Notes: generated by a model not told the origin, from the letters alone. Shown: positions 11,053 through 22,306, counted from the stretch's first letter. The stretch: DNA of 64,000 nucleotides from an uncultured virus (IMG/VR IMGVR_UViG_3300040946_000488) (IMGVR_UViG_3300040946_000488); one strand, 5' to 3'. Numbers and translations are program-made.

Positions 11053-11698
11053 GGCGACGCCAGCGCAGCCTTGAGAGTCTTCCGGTAGTTCCGCAATCCA
11101 TAAAGACGCGACGAGAAGCAGTGAACGATGGTCATCAGGTCTTCGACCATCTCGCGCTCGGGACTGAGTTTTTCCTGATCGAGCACGAACAATTCACAAG
11201 AGTGCAATTCACACAGGTGCTTCAGAAGGTCGAACCCGAACCGCGTGAGACGATCCTTGTGCGCAACGATCACCGCTGAAATCTCGCCGGTGAGAATGCG
11301 ATCGATCAATGCAAGGAAGTGCTTGCGCTTGAAGTTCAAGCCGCCTCCAATCTCGGTGATGTACTCGACGTTGGCCAAGCCACGCGCTACACAGAACTGT
11401 TCTACGATGGCGCGTTGATTCTTGAGGTCGGGGCGCTGAGCCTGAGAAGACACCCGGCAGTAGGCCACCGCGAAGCGCGGTTTCTCGGTAGAGGTCCGAC
11501 CGAGATAGCGATCCAAGTCGGCCCGAAGCCAGTATCGACGCCCGGAAGTGGTTCGGTGTGCTGTCAAAGAACCGTCTCTGTCCCAGCCCTGCAGGGTCTT
11601 GGGATGCCGCTTGACGTAGGCGGCTGCTTGCCCGGTTGTGAGTCCTTCATGCGCCATGTTTCACAAATTTACACTTATCTCAGCCTAGAGTCAATCTC
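9779..11698 (-). mobile_element. IS607-family element
   Basis: Serine-recombinase tnpA plus tnpB; no TIRs; TCTC shared at 9775-9778 and 11695-11698, so the crossover position is ambiguous. Confidence 0.9.
11049..11657 (-). CDS. tnpA: IS607 transposase TnpA (serine recombinase)
   Basis: N-terminal MerR-like HTH, YCRVSS, HKDRLTRFGF, FSSRLYGLR. Confidence 0.95.
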   Translation of the reverse strand: MAHEGLTTGQAAAYVKRHPKTLQGWDRDGSLTAHRTTSGRRYWLRADLDRYLGRTSTEKPRFAVAYCRVSSQAQRPDLKNQRAIVEQFCVARGLANVEYITEIGGGLNFKRKHFLALIDRILTGEISAVIVAHKDRLTRFGFDLLKHLCELHSCELFVLDQEKLSPEREMVEDLMTIVHCFSSRLYGLRNYRKTLKAALASP

Positions 11699-12154
11699 CC
11701 TGGTCCTCGACTTGAGACCCCGGCACGTTCATCGCCTCCAAGATCTTGGAGGCCAGTCGAGGCCAGGTCGTGTGGACCTCCACGGACGGGACATCGTCAC
11801 CCAGCCCGAGACGGATGGCCATGAGCATGAGCCTATTCCGTAGCACCAAGATCTCTTTCACGTGGGACACGTGCTCGACATAGATCTCCTCCAGGGGTCG
11901 ATTCAGATCGTAGAGATTGGGCCTGAAATCTTTGCCCCGGACGCTCACCTTGCGTCGCGTGCCATCCCCGAGAGACATCACGATATGCAGGCTGTCGATG
12001 GCCAGGCGACCTTCGATCATCTCCTTGGGGACGGCATCCGCGGGCAGGCTGACGTACAGGTGCCTGCCGAGATCTTGAGACGGCGCTGCCTTGGCTCCCG
12101 TGGCCGTCCTCGCGCGATTGGTCTTCCGTGCCATGACTGTCATCCTACGCCCAT

Positions 12155-12171
12155 CCTGAACAAAGTGTCAA
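12155..12171 (-). promoter_or_regulatory. Conserved promoter motif copy
   Basis: TTGACACTTTGTTCAGG, 18-nt spacer, TAGGAT. Confidence 0.6.
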
Positions 12172-12966
12172 GAAAAAAAAGCTGCGGCAGGAAATGGGAT
12201 CTTGTCCTCCACGAGAGATCCCACAGGGCCGTATCGATCGGTTACCATACTGTTCCGTTCTGGACCGATCCGTGGAGCCTTCCGATTGTTCCTGCCGCAG
12301 CACATAATGAATGCTACTGGCGCTTGCCCCGGCCGGACTTGCCTGGACGGCCGTAGATCGCCCTCTTGGAAAGCTTGGACTTCATCTCCCGGCGCTGCTT
12401 GAAGTACAGAGCAATCTCGGCACGAGGCACGTCCTTGTGGAGAGAGCAGACCATGCCGAAAACTGGCGCGGCCACCCCCTCGCAGCCTGGCACCGGGCAA
12501 TGGACGACGGCCCTGGGCTTGCGGGGTTTCAGCCAGGAGTCGGGAATGAAGGGGATTGCCATCTCCTTGGGAGGCCGGCCAGGGCCTTGCCTGGCAGGCT
12601 CCTGGGAAAAGACGGCCGAGAGCACTGTCTTCGTCGCCAGCTCGCAGGCATCCTCTCTCCCCATCTCGTAAAGGGCGTCCGCCCATGTCTCGGCGGAGGC
12701 TGTCATCCGTCCTCGCAATTGCAGGTATCTTTCGCTATGCATTCTCGTCCTCCTTGTCGTGGTGGTTTCGGCAGCTCCGGCCAATATCGGCGCGGAATAT
12801 GATTCTTCAGTGGATTCGGCGATGCCCTGATGGAGCATGGATTGCATGATGTTGAACATCTTATGGATGACTATCCAGAGAGCTTGCATGGTCGAGGCAT
12901 TCTGCATGTCATGCTTGACCTGGGGCAGATCTCGCACAGACTCGACGAGCTTTCCCGTATACTGGT

Positions 12967-13269
12967 TCATCCGGATTCTCTCGCAGAAACATCCGGCCCG
13001 AGCCCCATCACGCAGTACCCATCCTTGAGTGCCGGGCATTCCTTGCCCGGCAACAATACGTAAGTCACGCGCTTGCGCAAGTCGCGGCCGGTGTACCCGG
13101 CCGATGGATTGTCTTCGTCCTTGGCAGCGACGTCCGGATCCCATTCCTGCAAGATCAGCACGTCGTCCACGTCGAACTTGCGATCGTCCAGGCGGATCTC
13201 GAAGGGCTTGCGCCCCGTCCGCACATCCTCGAAGAACACCGGCCAGGTCTTGAGATAATGGAACCTCAT
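12967..13269 (-). CDS. ASCH/DUF3850-domain protein
   Basis: HYLKTWP.FF.DV..GRK.FEIR.DDR.F...D.LILQEW. Confidence 0.85.
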   Translation of the reverse strand: MRFHYLKTWPVFFEDVRTGRKPFEIRLDDRKFDVDDVLILQEWDPDVAAKDEDNPSAGYTGRDLRKRVTYVLLPGKECPALKDGYCVMGLGPDVSARESG

Positions 13270-14765
13270 CTACTTCCTTCCGTGAAAGAATCGGACACCC
13301 CCGGCACCTCATGGATCTCGACGTCCAGATCCCAGCGAGGATTACCCGGCGCCGGATTGAGGTTCCCCTTGCAGAGCACCCCCACCTCAAGCGTGAATCC
13401 CTCCAACAAGCGAGGCACGTAGTCTTCCAAAAACTTCGTCTGTTTTCCGTACCTCAAGTTGACCACGGTGCCGGCTTCGACGACCTCGACGACGATGCTC
13501 GTGCCCCGGCTGACGTTGCACTCGCATGGCTCCATGAGTCGAATCTGGAAGAACCTGATCGCCCCGCTCTCGGTATGGAAATCGGCCCTCTCCTGCATGC
13601 CCACCAGGATGCCTTGCAAAGAATTGCCCTTCCGGAGACGGAACCACGGTTCCCTCTCCTCGTCGACCATCCGGCGATGCTCCACCATGGTGGTCGCTCG
13701 CCTCAAGGCACGCGCCTTCATGTAGATCTCGGCAGCGCAGTGGATGTTCTCCTGGCCCCTCGAAGAGAAGGCGAAGCCCTGCTTGATGAGCGCCAGCATA
13801 TTCTTCTCGCCAGAAGTCAGATTGGTCCTGGACGACAAGGAAATTCGGACCCTCTCCACCGAATCGAACGACAACCGGGCATCGTCTTCGGACGGACGGC
13901 GCGACTCGTCGGCGTCCTGCTTCTCGGCCGAGCCCTGCTCGTCATCCAGATCGCTGTGCAGACAGCAGGCATTGTAAGCCCTGCGGGCGGTGGACAGATC
14001 TTCCTGTTTTCTGTCATCTCCCCGTGGCACCCACGTCCCGCCATTCCGCCGCACTTCCATGCACACGTACCCCAGGTACGTGAGGAGAGGATAAGCCGGG
14101 CCAGAGGGAGTCGGATATCTCTTGACTTCCGCCCCCTCGTAATCCTCCTTCTCGATCGTTTCCCCGACGACGTCGAACGCCATCAAGGACTCGGCGTATG
14201 CTATCCAGGCCGGGAGAGACAGTCCCTCGGCGTACTTCTCCAGGCACGCAGAACCCACGATCTTCGTCTCGTCGCCCTTCCTGAGCAGGTAGGTGGCCAC
14301 CCGGCGACGGACTGTCTTGCACTCGTCGCACAGCATGCCCCTCTTGCGCAGGACCTCCAGATCCAATCCCTCGACATTGCCAAGCTGCGAGGTGTGCAAG
14401 ACAATCTCGTCTGGATCCACCTTGTCATCAGGCGATCCCACCGGACGAGCAAGTACGAATGTAGCCACCATGGACCATCCGGCCTTGAGGGCAGTCCGGT
14501 GAGATATCGCCACCTCGGAAAACCAGTCCGTCTTGCCCACTTCCGCCTCGGGGGGATGAGCATAGAAGTAATGGTCCTTCTCGCCTAGTCGCTGTGCCTC
14601 GAAGGTCCTGATCGTGATCAGCGTCATGGGCTTGATCACGCTCCCGTGATGTCGGGCGATCGCCGCCAGTCGTTCATTGTGCTCCGAGATCTTGTTATAC
14701 AGGAAGCCAATCTGCGATCTGAGCAGTATGCGGCGGACGGTGATCGATTTACTCACGCCGATCAT
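13266..14765 (-). CDS. Zn-finger phage protein with C-terminal SSB-like domain
   Basis: CDEC..RRR..TY..VGSAC is paralogous to 20696-22258; the C-terminus is paralogous to 39278-39772. Confidence 0.7.
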   Translation of the reverse strand: MIGVSKSITVRRILLRSQIGFLYNKISEHNERLAAIARHHGSVIKPMTLITIRTFEAQRLGEKDHYFYAHPPEAEVGKTDWFSEVAISHRTALKAGWSMVATFVLARPVGSPDDKVDPDEIVLHTSQLGNVEGLDLEVLRKRGMLCDECKTVRRRVATYLLRKGDETKIVGSACLEKYAEGLSLPAWIAYAESLMAFDVVGETIEKEDYEGAEVKRYPTPSGPAYPLLTYLGYVCMEVRRNGGTWVPRGDDRKQEDLSTARRAYNACCLHSDLDDEQGSAEKQDADESRRPSEDDARLSFDSVERVRISLSSRTNLTSGEKNMLALIKQGFAFSSRGQENIHCAAEIYMKARALRRATTMVEHRRMVDEEREPWFRLRKGNSLQGILVGMQERADFHTESGAIRFFQIRLMEPCECNVSRGTSIVVEVVEAGTVVNLRYGKQTKFLEDYVPRLLEGFTLEVGVLCKGNLNPAPGNPRWDLDVEIHEVPGVSDSFTEGSR

Positions 14766-16417
14766 GAATCCTTGGTCGCTACAAAGTGCCCACGAGCCCT
14801 CATCCTATCGACATCGTTCAGATTGTCGCGGCCGGTCTCCAGGCAGAGCATCGAGAGATCGCATGCATCGGAAGCCACCTGCAATAGTTCGGCTATCCGC
14901 ATCGCAGGTCCCTGGTCTTCCTCGCGGAAGAAACTCGTGCGATGCTTGCTCGCCAGATTCGCCAGCGAGTAGCGGTGACTTCGCAGCTTCACCCACGCAG
15001 CCTCTTCGTCCTTGGTCATGTTGCCCTCACCCCTTGGGATTCGATCCAGCCAAGTCCCCATCTTCTTCCAGGGGATTGTCCCCTGACAGCAGGAGCTTGG
15101 CGATCTGCCTGTGGAGACCGTCGATCAGCACGGCGCCCATGGCCGTGGGCCTGGCCATCGGGACGAACAGGTCGAGCGCCTGCCTCATCCACGTCAATGC
15201 CTGGCGCCTGCCCTGGGCCAACCCCTGTCGGTAGATCTCCCCCGTGATGTCGCTCCCCTGGCCCACGGAAACCACCGGCTGGCGAGGAGGCGAGAGAGGG
15301 GAGCCGTACATCGGCACGATCTCGGGCACCGCCCGCTGGCGGGGAGGGACAGGCGCACCGTACACAGGCACCGCGTATTTTGAGTCCATCAAAATTGCCT
15401 CCTGAACAATTCTATCTGAACCAGGACCAATCCCATTCCACGCCAACAGACACATTGCACATTTACCCTGACAGCACAACAGTTATTTCAATCAGGAACG
15501 CGATCAATCCAGCAGTAAAGTCCGAAATACGCCATCGCCCAGAAGACGGACAGAAGATACCAGTGCCAATAGAATACATAGGGCTCCAGATATCCTCCCT
15601 CCGCCATGAGACCATAGTAGCTGATCCGGCAGCCCAACTCCAGGAAGGCGAAAGAGCCCCCGAGGGCAAGCCCCAGCATCACGGTCATCAAGACCGCCTC
15701 GAACATGAGGCAGAACCATCTCCTAGCCATAGCCATCCATGGCCTCATGCGATTGAGATTCATGCCGTCACCACAGCTTTCTCTTACTATCCGGAGAATT
15801 GCCTCTCATGTATCAATAAAGGAGCCCGGACTCCTTGACATAATCCAACGCGACCTCAGCACCCCTCGCCAGCAGCGATTTGACAATCGCCCGATCGTGT
15901 TCGGTCGGATTGACGAAAAGTTCCTTCATGGCCTTGCCCTCCGCAATCTCCAATCCCCAAACCAGCGTCCTCGTTGGATCGTGCTTCTCCGCATGGGGAA
16001 GAGGAGAGGGAGCCACATCTACCGGCTGGGCCGCCCCATCATCAGGCAAAGGTTCCCTGTAGCTGGCGCCCCTCCTCCACCACCCGCATTCCCTGAGCAG
16101 GATCGCCCGCCTCTCGTAGATGACCTCCAATGACAAGGTCGCCTGGTTCCCGGAAAACTGGAACTGGACCAATTCAAGCTGGATTTCGAGAACCTCGTCC
16201 ACCCTCCTCATCCCGGTCTCGTTGAATTGAGCGTCGTCCAGAGACTTCATGCCCGGAATGACCTTCCAGTCCGTCTCCTCCACACGACAAAACAATGAAC
16301 ACTTCTCGTACTTCAGGGTCATGTACGTGTCGATCTCAGGAAAACGGGGCAGGTTCAGTACCGTCTCCCACAACTGTTCGCCACCTTCCAGCGGCACGCT
16401 GATCTTCAGCAATGCTT

Positions 16418-17665
16418 TCATGCGATCCTCCTGAACAATTCCGGCTGGGCCAGGGCCAACCCCACCGCCTCGCGGCCAATACGGCAGAGAGCCTCATGGT
16501 ACGATGAATCGAGATGCTGTCCCCAGTGGTGGCCCAGCTCATGGATGAGCAACTCGACCTGGGGAGGCCAGTTGGCCTGATCGAACCACGAGGGACCCAG
16601 CCGACTCGCATTGAAGATGATCTGGCCTTCCCCGGCCCCCTCGGTCTCACGCCCGACATAGGCAGCCTGGAATTTCCAGCCCACGTCGGCAGTGAACGAG
16701 ATCCCGATGTCCAGGCCGGCGGCCTGCCGGGCGAACCTACGGGCGAACACGGCGAATGCCTCCATGTCCGGGGACCAGTCCTCCAGCTTGATCATCTCAA
16801 GTGGGGTGCCCCCGGGCGAGAATGGCTTGGGGCTCGGGGTCACCTGCCCCGCGGGCTTGAGGGCATCGGCCTCCCGGATGCGCGTCCAGGCTTCCGCCGG
16901 GAAGGCACCGCCGGGCACCACCGTGTAACCCTGGGCCACGGCCATGTGCTCGCCCTCGCGATCGCTCGGATCCGCTATAACCGCCTTGGAGCCGAAGCGG
17001 CTGGCGATGACTCCCTTCACGGCCTGATCGTCGACCCACGGCGATCCAAGGGTCGACGTCACCCAGGGAGCCTTCGCCTGGGCGGGCGACAGGCTGGAGG
17101 CCACGCGATTGAGCACGACGGCCCGCAGCCGGCGCAGGTAGAGGGGAGTGACGTTGTCGCGCTCCATGGACAGGGGGACCTTCTGGCACACGTCGATGTG
17201 CCAGGGCTCCCCACCGCTCAGCTCGACCACGGGGATGCCCATCTCATAGAGGTGGGGTTCCTCGCCCTCCCTGGGCTCCCACAGGCGCACGATGCAGCTC
17301 CGGGTGGCGTCGCGCAGGATGCCCGTGTCGGCATCCGCCAGCACCGTGGGCAATTCCGCCTGGAACAGGTCCGCTGTCTTGTGCCAGCCGAGCTTCTCGC
17401 CATTGACGAAGGTCTCGACCCTGTCGGGAGGCATGACCATCTTGATGGCTTCCGAGAACCCGTCCGGATCGTCGTCCATGACCGTCAGATCGACCAGGGG
17501 CGCCCCCCTGACCGGGGACAGGAGGACATCCACCGTCTTCACGGCCGGGCAGTCCCAGGCATTCTGCAATAGCTCGTGCAGGATGAAGACCTTGCCCTTG
17601 CTGGCGACCAGATCGGCGAGGCCCTGCTTGTCGACAGCGAACCACTGCTGGGCTGCCCTCGACAT
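16418..17665 (-). CDS. GHKL/HATPase-like N-terminus with C-terminal HExxH motif
   Basis: ELLQNAWD (N box), DDDPDGF, LLIHELGHH. Confidence 0.65.
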   Translation of the reverse strand: MSRAAQQWFAVDKQGLADLVASKGKVFILHELLQNAWDCPAVKTVDVLLSPVRGAPLVDLTVMDDDPDGFSEAIKMVMPPDRVETFVNGEKLGWHKTADLFQAELPTVLADADTGILRDATRSCIVRLWEPREGEEPHLYEMGIPVVELSGGEPWHIDVCQKVPLSMERDNVTPLYLRRLRAVVLNRVASSLSPAQAKAPWVTSTLGSPWVDDQAVKGVIASRFGSKAVIADPSDREGEHMAVAQGYTVVPGGAFPAEAWTRIREADALKPAGQVTPSPKPFSPGGTPLEMIKLEDWSPDMEAFAVFARRFARQAAGLDIGISFTADVGWKFQAAYVGRETEGAGEGQIIFNASRLGPSWFDQANWPPQVELLIHELGHHWGQHLDSSYHEALCRIGREAVGLALAQPELFRRIA

Positions 17666-18204
17666 CACGTGCTCCCATCCAAGAACGTGGGCTCGTCGTC
17701 GTCCGAGAAAGGTGCCTTGATCGACAACTCGAAATCGTGCCTGGCTCTTCCTCCCGGCAGCTTGATTTTCTCGCCCAGGACCTTGCCCCACACGCCGAAC
17801 TCAGCGCCCCGAGCAATCAGCGGGATGAAGGGCTCCAGCAGATTCGTGTGCTGCCCGTAATTGAGGTTGACATAGTCTCCCTCTTTCGCCTCGACCAACC
17901 GAGCCTCCTCGCCGGTCCCCATGCGGACCTCGCAAGGCTGCATGAGCTTGATCTGGAAGAAGCTGGACTTCTTCTCCGGGCGCAGATCGTCCTTGCGATC
18001 GTACATGCCCTCCAATGTACCTTGCAAGACGTTCCCGGCCTTCCTCATATTGAACCACCCGGCATTGGCGACACATCCTAGCCGGCGGAACCCCTCGGGC
18101 TCACGGACAGCCGTCCCCCCGTGCTCGCCCACAGGCTCCGATGGCGAAGCCGAGCCTCCATCGTCCGACGACGATGCCCGATCTTCCCCCGAGACGACAT
18201 CCAT
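17665..18204 (-). CDS. Putative SSB-like protein, paralogue 2
   Basis: Highly similar to 39278-39772; acidic tail DDDEPTFLD. Confidence 0.55.
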   Translation of the reverse strand: MDVVSGEDRASSSDDGGSASPSEPVGEHGGTAVREPEGFRRLGCVANAGWFNMRKAGNVLQGTLEGMYDRKDDLRPEKKSSFFQIKLMQPCEVRMGTGEEARLVEAKEGDYVNLNYGQHTNLLEPFIPLIARGAEFGVWGKVLGEKIKLPGGRARHDFELSIKAPFSDDDEPTFLDGST

Positions 18205-18766
18205 GGATCTGTCGCCTCCCCCATGATGGCGCAGGGAAAAGAAATCACGGACAGCCTGATTGATGACTCCCTCCAGGGACGCCTCGACGCCATCGGCGAA
18301 TCGCCGCAACATGGGAGTCCCCAGGCTGACGACCTGGGATCGGAATGATGCCGCCCTCGATTCGCGAACCCTTGACTTCTTCGACATCACGAATTCTCCT
18401 TTCGATCAGGCCGACCCTTGAGGAGTGCCACCATGTGGGGCCAATAGAGGTTGTCGCTCCCCATCATGTCCACGATCGCCTGTACATGAGGACCCAATGC
18501 CTCGACGCACGTCGGGCAGAGCCAGAGGAGATTGGTGTCCGACTCCATGACCACCTGGTATCCACTCCGCTCGATCATCTCGCCGACATTGTGGCACTCG
18601 GCAATTTTCTTGGGGGCCTTGCACCCCTTGCAAATCAATGTCTCAGCCATCGAGATCCTCTGTCCGGGTCTTCCTGAATTTACGTTTTTGACACAGCGTT
18701 CGTCAAGGACCAAATTTTTTCTTTTCACGACCCTGTCGCCAACCAATTGCCCGCGACCTTCGCAGA

Positions 18767-19324
18767 TCATGGACACGCCTGGTAAGTCCCCGTCCAGGTG
18801 ATGTACGCCTCCGCGGATAACCCAGACGTGACATCGAACTGGTAGCTGCCGTCCAGGGCGGTCAGCGCCTCGCCGGCCGTGACCGTCTGCTCATTCACTA
18901 TCACCGTCCTCCCACTATAATTCAAGAATCTCCAGCTGGTGATGATGTCATGGGTGATGAAGCAGAAGGGTCCCGTGGTCCCGAAATACCCCGTGGTGCC
19001 CCCAGTGATGCAACTGGGAGGATATGAACAAGAACCCACGGTATTCGTCCCCGTGGCCGTCGCCGACGACGTGGGAGTGCTCGTGGCGGTCGCCGACGCC
19101 GTGGTCGTGCTCGTGGCAGTCCCGGTACCCACCTGGCTGCCCGTTCCGATACCCACCTGGCTGTACGTTCCCGCATCCACCTGGCTGCCCGTCCCGGTGC
19201 CCACGGACGCTCCGGTCCCTGTGCCTCCGCCTCCATCCGGCAACCCTCCCTGGAGGGAGCCGAAGCCAGGAGAGCAGGATGCCAGGGACGCCAAGATCAT
19301 GATGAAGGAGATGAGAGATTTCAT
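18767..19324 (-). CDS. Predicted lipoprotein with G/T/S-rich linker and small C-terminal domain
   Basis: Signal peptide with LASC lipobox; GTG repeats; FGTTGPFCF...GRTVIVN domain. Confidence 0.65.
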   Translation of the reverse strand: MKSLISFIMILASLASCSPGFGSLQGGLPDGGGGTGTGASVGTGTGSQVDAGTYSQVGIGTGSQVGTGTATSTTTASATATSTPTSSATATGTNTVGSCSYPPSCITGGTTGYFGTTGPFCFITHDIITSWRFLNYSGRTVIVNEQTVTAGEALTALDGSYQFDVTSGLSAEAYITWTGTYQACP

Positions 19325-19325
19325 G

Positions 19326-20042
19326 TCAGTACCCCCAAGAGAGAGAGATGCCGGCCCCCTTGCCGCCGGCAAGATCCAGGTAGAACGTCGCCCCCGTCGC
19401 CACGGCCGAAGCCGCCGCCAGGCCCCACAGCACGTTGGTCGTGGTGGCCTTGGACCTGTCCCCGCCGATCTGAGAATCCGTGCAAGATCTCGTCTTGCCG
19501 CAGGTGGACTGCAGCCCACCGAATGTCGAGTCCGTCGATATCCCCTCCGCGATCGCCGCCGCCGCCAGCGCGACAGTGATGCCCGCACCCGCCCAGGGCG
19601 CCCACCTCTTCCATGGAAACGAGGGAGATGCCTCGACCCTGGGAACCGGGGCCACGAGATTGGGCTTCGACTGGGAAGCAGCCAGATCCCATTCCAGGTC
19701 GTCGATCATCCTCTCGACGGATTCCCTGTTCGGGGCTCCTTCCGGGGCGGTCCGCAGGTACGATCGATAGGCTGTGAGTGCCTCGGCCGGCTCGTGGGCC
19801 AGGCGATGGCACTGCCCGATGTCATAGAGCAAGACAGGATCGGACACCCGCTTGTACGCCTGCTCGTAGAGCGAGGCCGCCTCGTCATAGTGGCCAAGGT
19901 TGAAGGCCACGGCGGCCAGGCGAGCCTCCTCGCGGGCCGCCTCCCGATCGCCCCCGTCGCCAGGATTGGCCGAAGCCTGGCCAGGCATGAGCGAAAAGAG
20001 CGCCAGAGCAGCCAGGAAGATGATCAGTCTCGGGGCACGCAT
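19326..20042 (-). CDS. Exported TPR protein with C-terminal hydrophobic segments (myxobacterial type)
   Basis: Signal peptide; FNLGHYDEAA..YEQAY...LLYDIGQCHR..EAL.AYRSYL. Confidence 0.75.
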   Translation of the reverse strand: MRAPRLIIFLAALALFSLMPGQASANPGDGGDREAAREEARLAAVAFNLGHYDEAASLYEQAYKRVSDPVLLYDIGQCHRLAHEPAEALTAYRSYLRTAPEGAPNRESVERMIDDLEWDLAASQSKPNLVAPVPRVEASPSFPWKRWAPWAGAGITVALAAAAIAEGISTDSTFGGLQSTCGKTRSCTDSQIGGDRSKATTTNVLWGLAAASAVATGATFYLDLAGGKGAGISLSWGY

Positions 20043-20695
20043 GAGAGCCTCACCGGGCAGCTTCGCCGGCCTCGGGGACGGCATCGTGGACGAGGGAGCA
20101 CCTCGGATCCGGGCAGCCACCCCCGAAAGTCAGATTGCTCCCGCAAGACGGGCACAGGGTCTTGCCGAAGCGGGCACGGTTGATGGACCGTGCCACCTGC
20201 TCGGCAGCCTCCCTCGAATTGAGGGGCGTCTCGAACAGCCCCGCCACGAAGTCGCTGCGGGACACCGTGGGGTTGGGGCCCGACATCGACACGATCACGC
20301 TCAGGCACCACTCGCCGTGAGGGTGGTTGCCCTGGCAACTGGTGGCGTCTTCCTTGAGATAGTAGGGACGAATCTCGGACATGGCAATCTCCTTTCTCAT
20401 GACTGAGTCTCAGTGCCAAGATCGCCCAGGTCCACGTTGCCAGGATCCCCGGCCTTGATCGACTTGACCAACGACTCCAGGAGGCAGACCATTATCCCCT
20501 GCCCGGCGGGCCACTCCTTGCACACCGTGACTATGGTCAAGCCTATGACCAGCAGGGCTTCCTTGCCTGTGATCTCGTGCTTGTTGAAAAGCTCGCCAAT
20601 CTTGGTGTGGACCATCTGCGAGCGAAGCTGATCGAGTCGATCTGTATCGACCGTCACCGGGGGCTTGTCTTCCTTCATGATTGGGCTTCCTCTCC

Positions 20696-22258
20696 TCAGA
20701 ACGGGCAGGCCAACTGCTCGCCGGTCAACTCGCGGATCACCTTGCACCTGCTGAGCTGGGTGATCTTGCGTCCTTCGTAGATCTCATGCTTCTTCACCGT
20801 CGCCTTGATCTCGTAGGAACCTTTGTGCAGGCATCCTCCAGACGAGAACCACTTGGCCTTGCGGCCCTCGGCATCCAGGAAGATGTGCAGGCACGAGCTG
20901 CCGAAGGCGCCGTCGATGGTCTGGGTATAGACGAGGCGGAGCACGAACGTCTCGCGCTTGTCCATCTCGCCGAAGAACTCATCCTTCTCCAGCTTGCGAG
21001 CCTCCTCCTTGGCACGGTCCCGACGGATGCGGTCGGCGGCGGCACAGATAGAAGCCGCGATGCCTATGTTCCGATCGAACGCGAAGCCCTGGTTGATGGT
21101 GCTCACCAGCTTCTCCTCGTAATCGTCCCGCGCCGTCTTCGCGACGAAAGCATCCAGCACGATCTCGATGTCCCCCGTCGCGCGGGCCACGTCGGCCGGC
21201 GTGGGCATCTTCGACTCCATCGCAGCGTCCAGCTTGGCGGCCTCGATGTTGGCATCGACCAAGATCGCCTCGCGGCAAGCCCGCTCCGTGGACTCGACGT
21301 CGCCAGGCGTGAGCCCCACCAGCTTGGACCTATCGATCACGCCATGTGTCGAGAAGGTATCCATCATCATCTGCGCCTTGGCCTTCAACTGCTCGCCCGT
21401 GACGCCTGCCAAGACCTGGGACTTCATCCAGCGCAGACGAACGACTTCCTGCAGGGTCGTCCAGGCCAGGTCTGCCGTGGCACGCTTGCCCGACGTCGAT
21501 GCCTTGGTCCGCGACATCCACCCCTCCTCCCGGATCTGGCGGGCCACGTACCCCAGGTACTCGGCCAGGGACACCGCCTGGCGCTGCCTGAAGTACCCAC
21601 CCCCGCCGCCCCCACCCTGCTCCTCGCCGTCTTCCTCCTCCAGATCGTCCATCTCGTCCGCGAAACGGACGAGGGAGTCGGCGTACATGGCCATGGCGGA
21701 GGGAGACAGGTGGCCCGTGAAGTCCTTCAGGCAAGTGCTGCCCACCAGCTTGATCTCGACAGGTGTCCCTGCCGGCGGACACGCGCAATCGCCCTTCCCG
21801 TCCCACGCACAAGCTCCCCTTGCCTGGCGGAGGATGTACGTGACAGAACGCTGTCGGGCGGTCCCGCAGTGATCGCACTGGCCCCCGCGATCTCTGTAGG
21901 CCGACAAGTCGACGTCCTTGCCGATCGGGGAGAGCAGATAACCAGCGTCCGTGCTGGTGAGCGAGCCCAAGATCTCCCAGCCGCCGATCCGGGCCTGCTG
22001 GCCCGACACCTCGACCTCGGCCAGCCAGTACCGGATCTCGGCACCATCCTTCGCATTCCGCACGCTCTCGAAGGTCCGGATCGTCTTCAGCGTGGCGGGA
22101 GCGATCGCGATTTGGCAGCGCTTGGCAAGCTTGGCCACCCGATGGTTGTGCTCGGCGACCAGCATCTCAAGCCGGGGCAGGGCCTCGACCGCGATGGTGT
22201 GACGGAAAATTTTGTTCTCGGGAGACGGTTCGTTTTCCACAAAGTAAATTTCGCACAC
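20696..22258 (-). CDS. Conserved phage protein: Zn finger plus C-terminal OB-like domain
   Basis: CDHCG.AR.R..TY...VGSTCLKDF; C-terminal KWFSS...IKATVKKH..Y.G.K.TQLSRC. Confidence 0.65.
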   Translation of the reverse strand: MCEIYFVENEPSPENKIFRHTIAVEALPRLEMLVAEHNHRVAKLAKRCQIAIAPATLKTIRTFESVRNAKDGAEIRYWLAEVEVSGQQARIGGWEILGSLTSTDAGYLLSPIGKDVDLSAYRDRGGQCDHCGTARQRSVTYILRQARGACAWDGKGDCACPPAGTPVEIKLVGSTCLKDFTGHLSPSAMAMYADSLVRFADEMDDLEEEDGEEQGGGGGGGYFRQRQAVSLAEYLGYVARQIREEGWMSRTKASTSGKRATADLAWTTLQEVVRLRWMKSQVLAGVTGEQLKAKAQMMMDTFSTHGVIDRSKLVGLTPGDVESTERACREAILVDANIEAAKLDAAMESKMPTPADVARATGDIEIVLDAFVAKTARDDYEEKLVSTINQGFAFDRNIGIAASICAAADRIRRDRAKEEARKLEKDEFFGEMDKRETFVLRLVYTQTIDGAFGSSCLHIFLDAEGRKAKWFSSGGCLHKGSYEIKATVKKHEIYEGRKITQLSRCKVIRELTGEQLACPF

Positions 22259-22261
22259 ACC

Positions 22262-22275
22262 GAACGAAGTGTCAA
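22262..22275 (-). promoter_or_regulatory. Conserved promoter motif copy
   Basis: TTGACACTTCGTTC. Confidence 0.5.
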
Positions 22276-22306
22276 GAACAATCTTTATACCAAGGGGAGC
22301 ACTGTG

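Larger units (their letters stand above)
9450..12143 (-). pseudogene. ~257-aa hypothetical gene split by IS607
   Basis: Joining at the shared GAGA core gives in-frame ...VEDQG-EQGRPRW... Confidence 0.6.

Noticed and set aside
11658..11698. IS607 as an IStron, since it sits inside a CDS
   Set aside because: Only about 40 bp lie between the left end and tnpA, leaving no room for a group I intron
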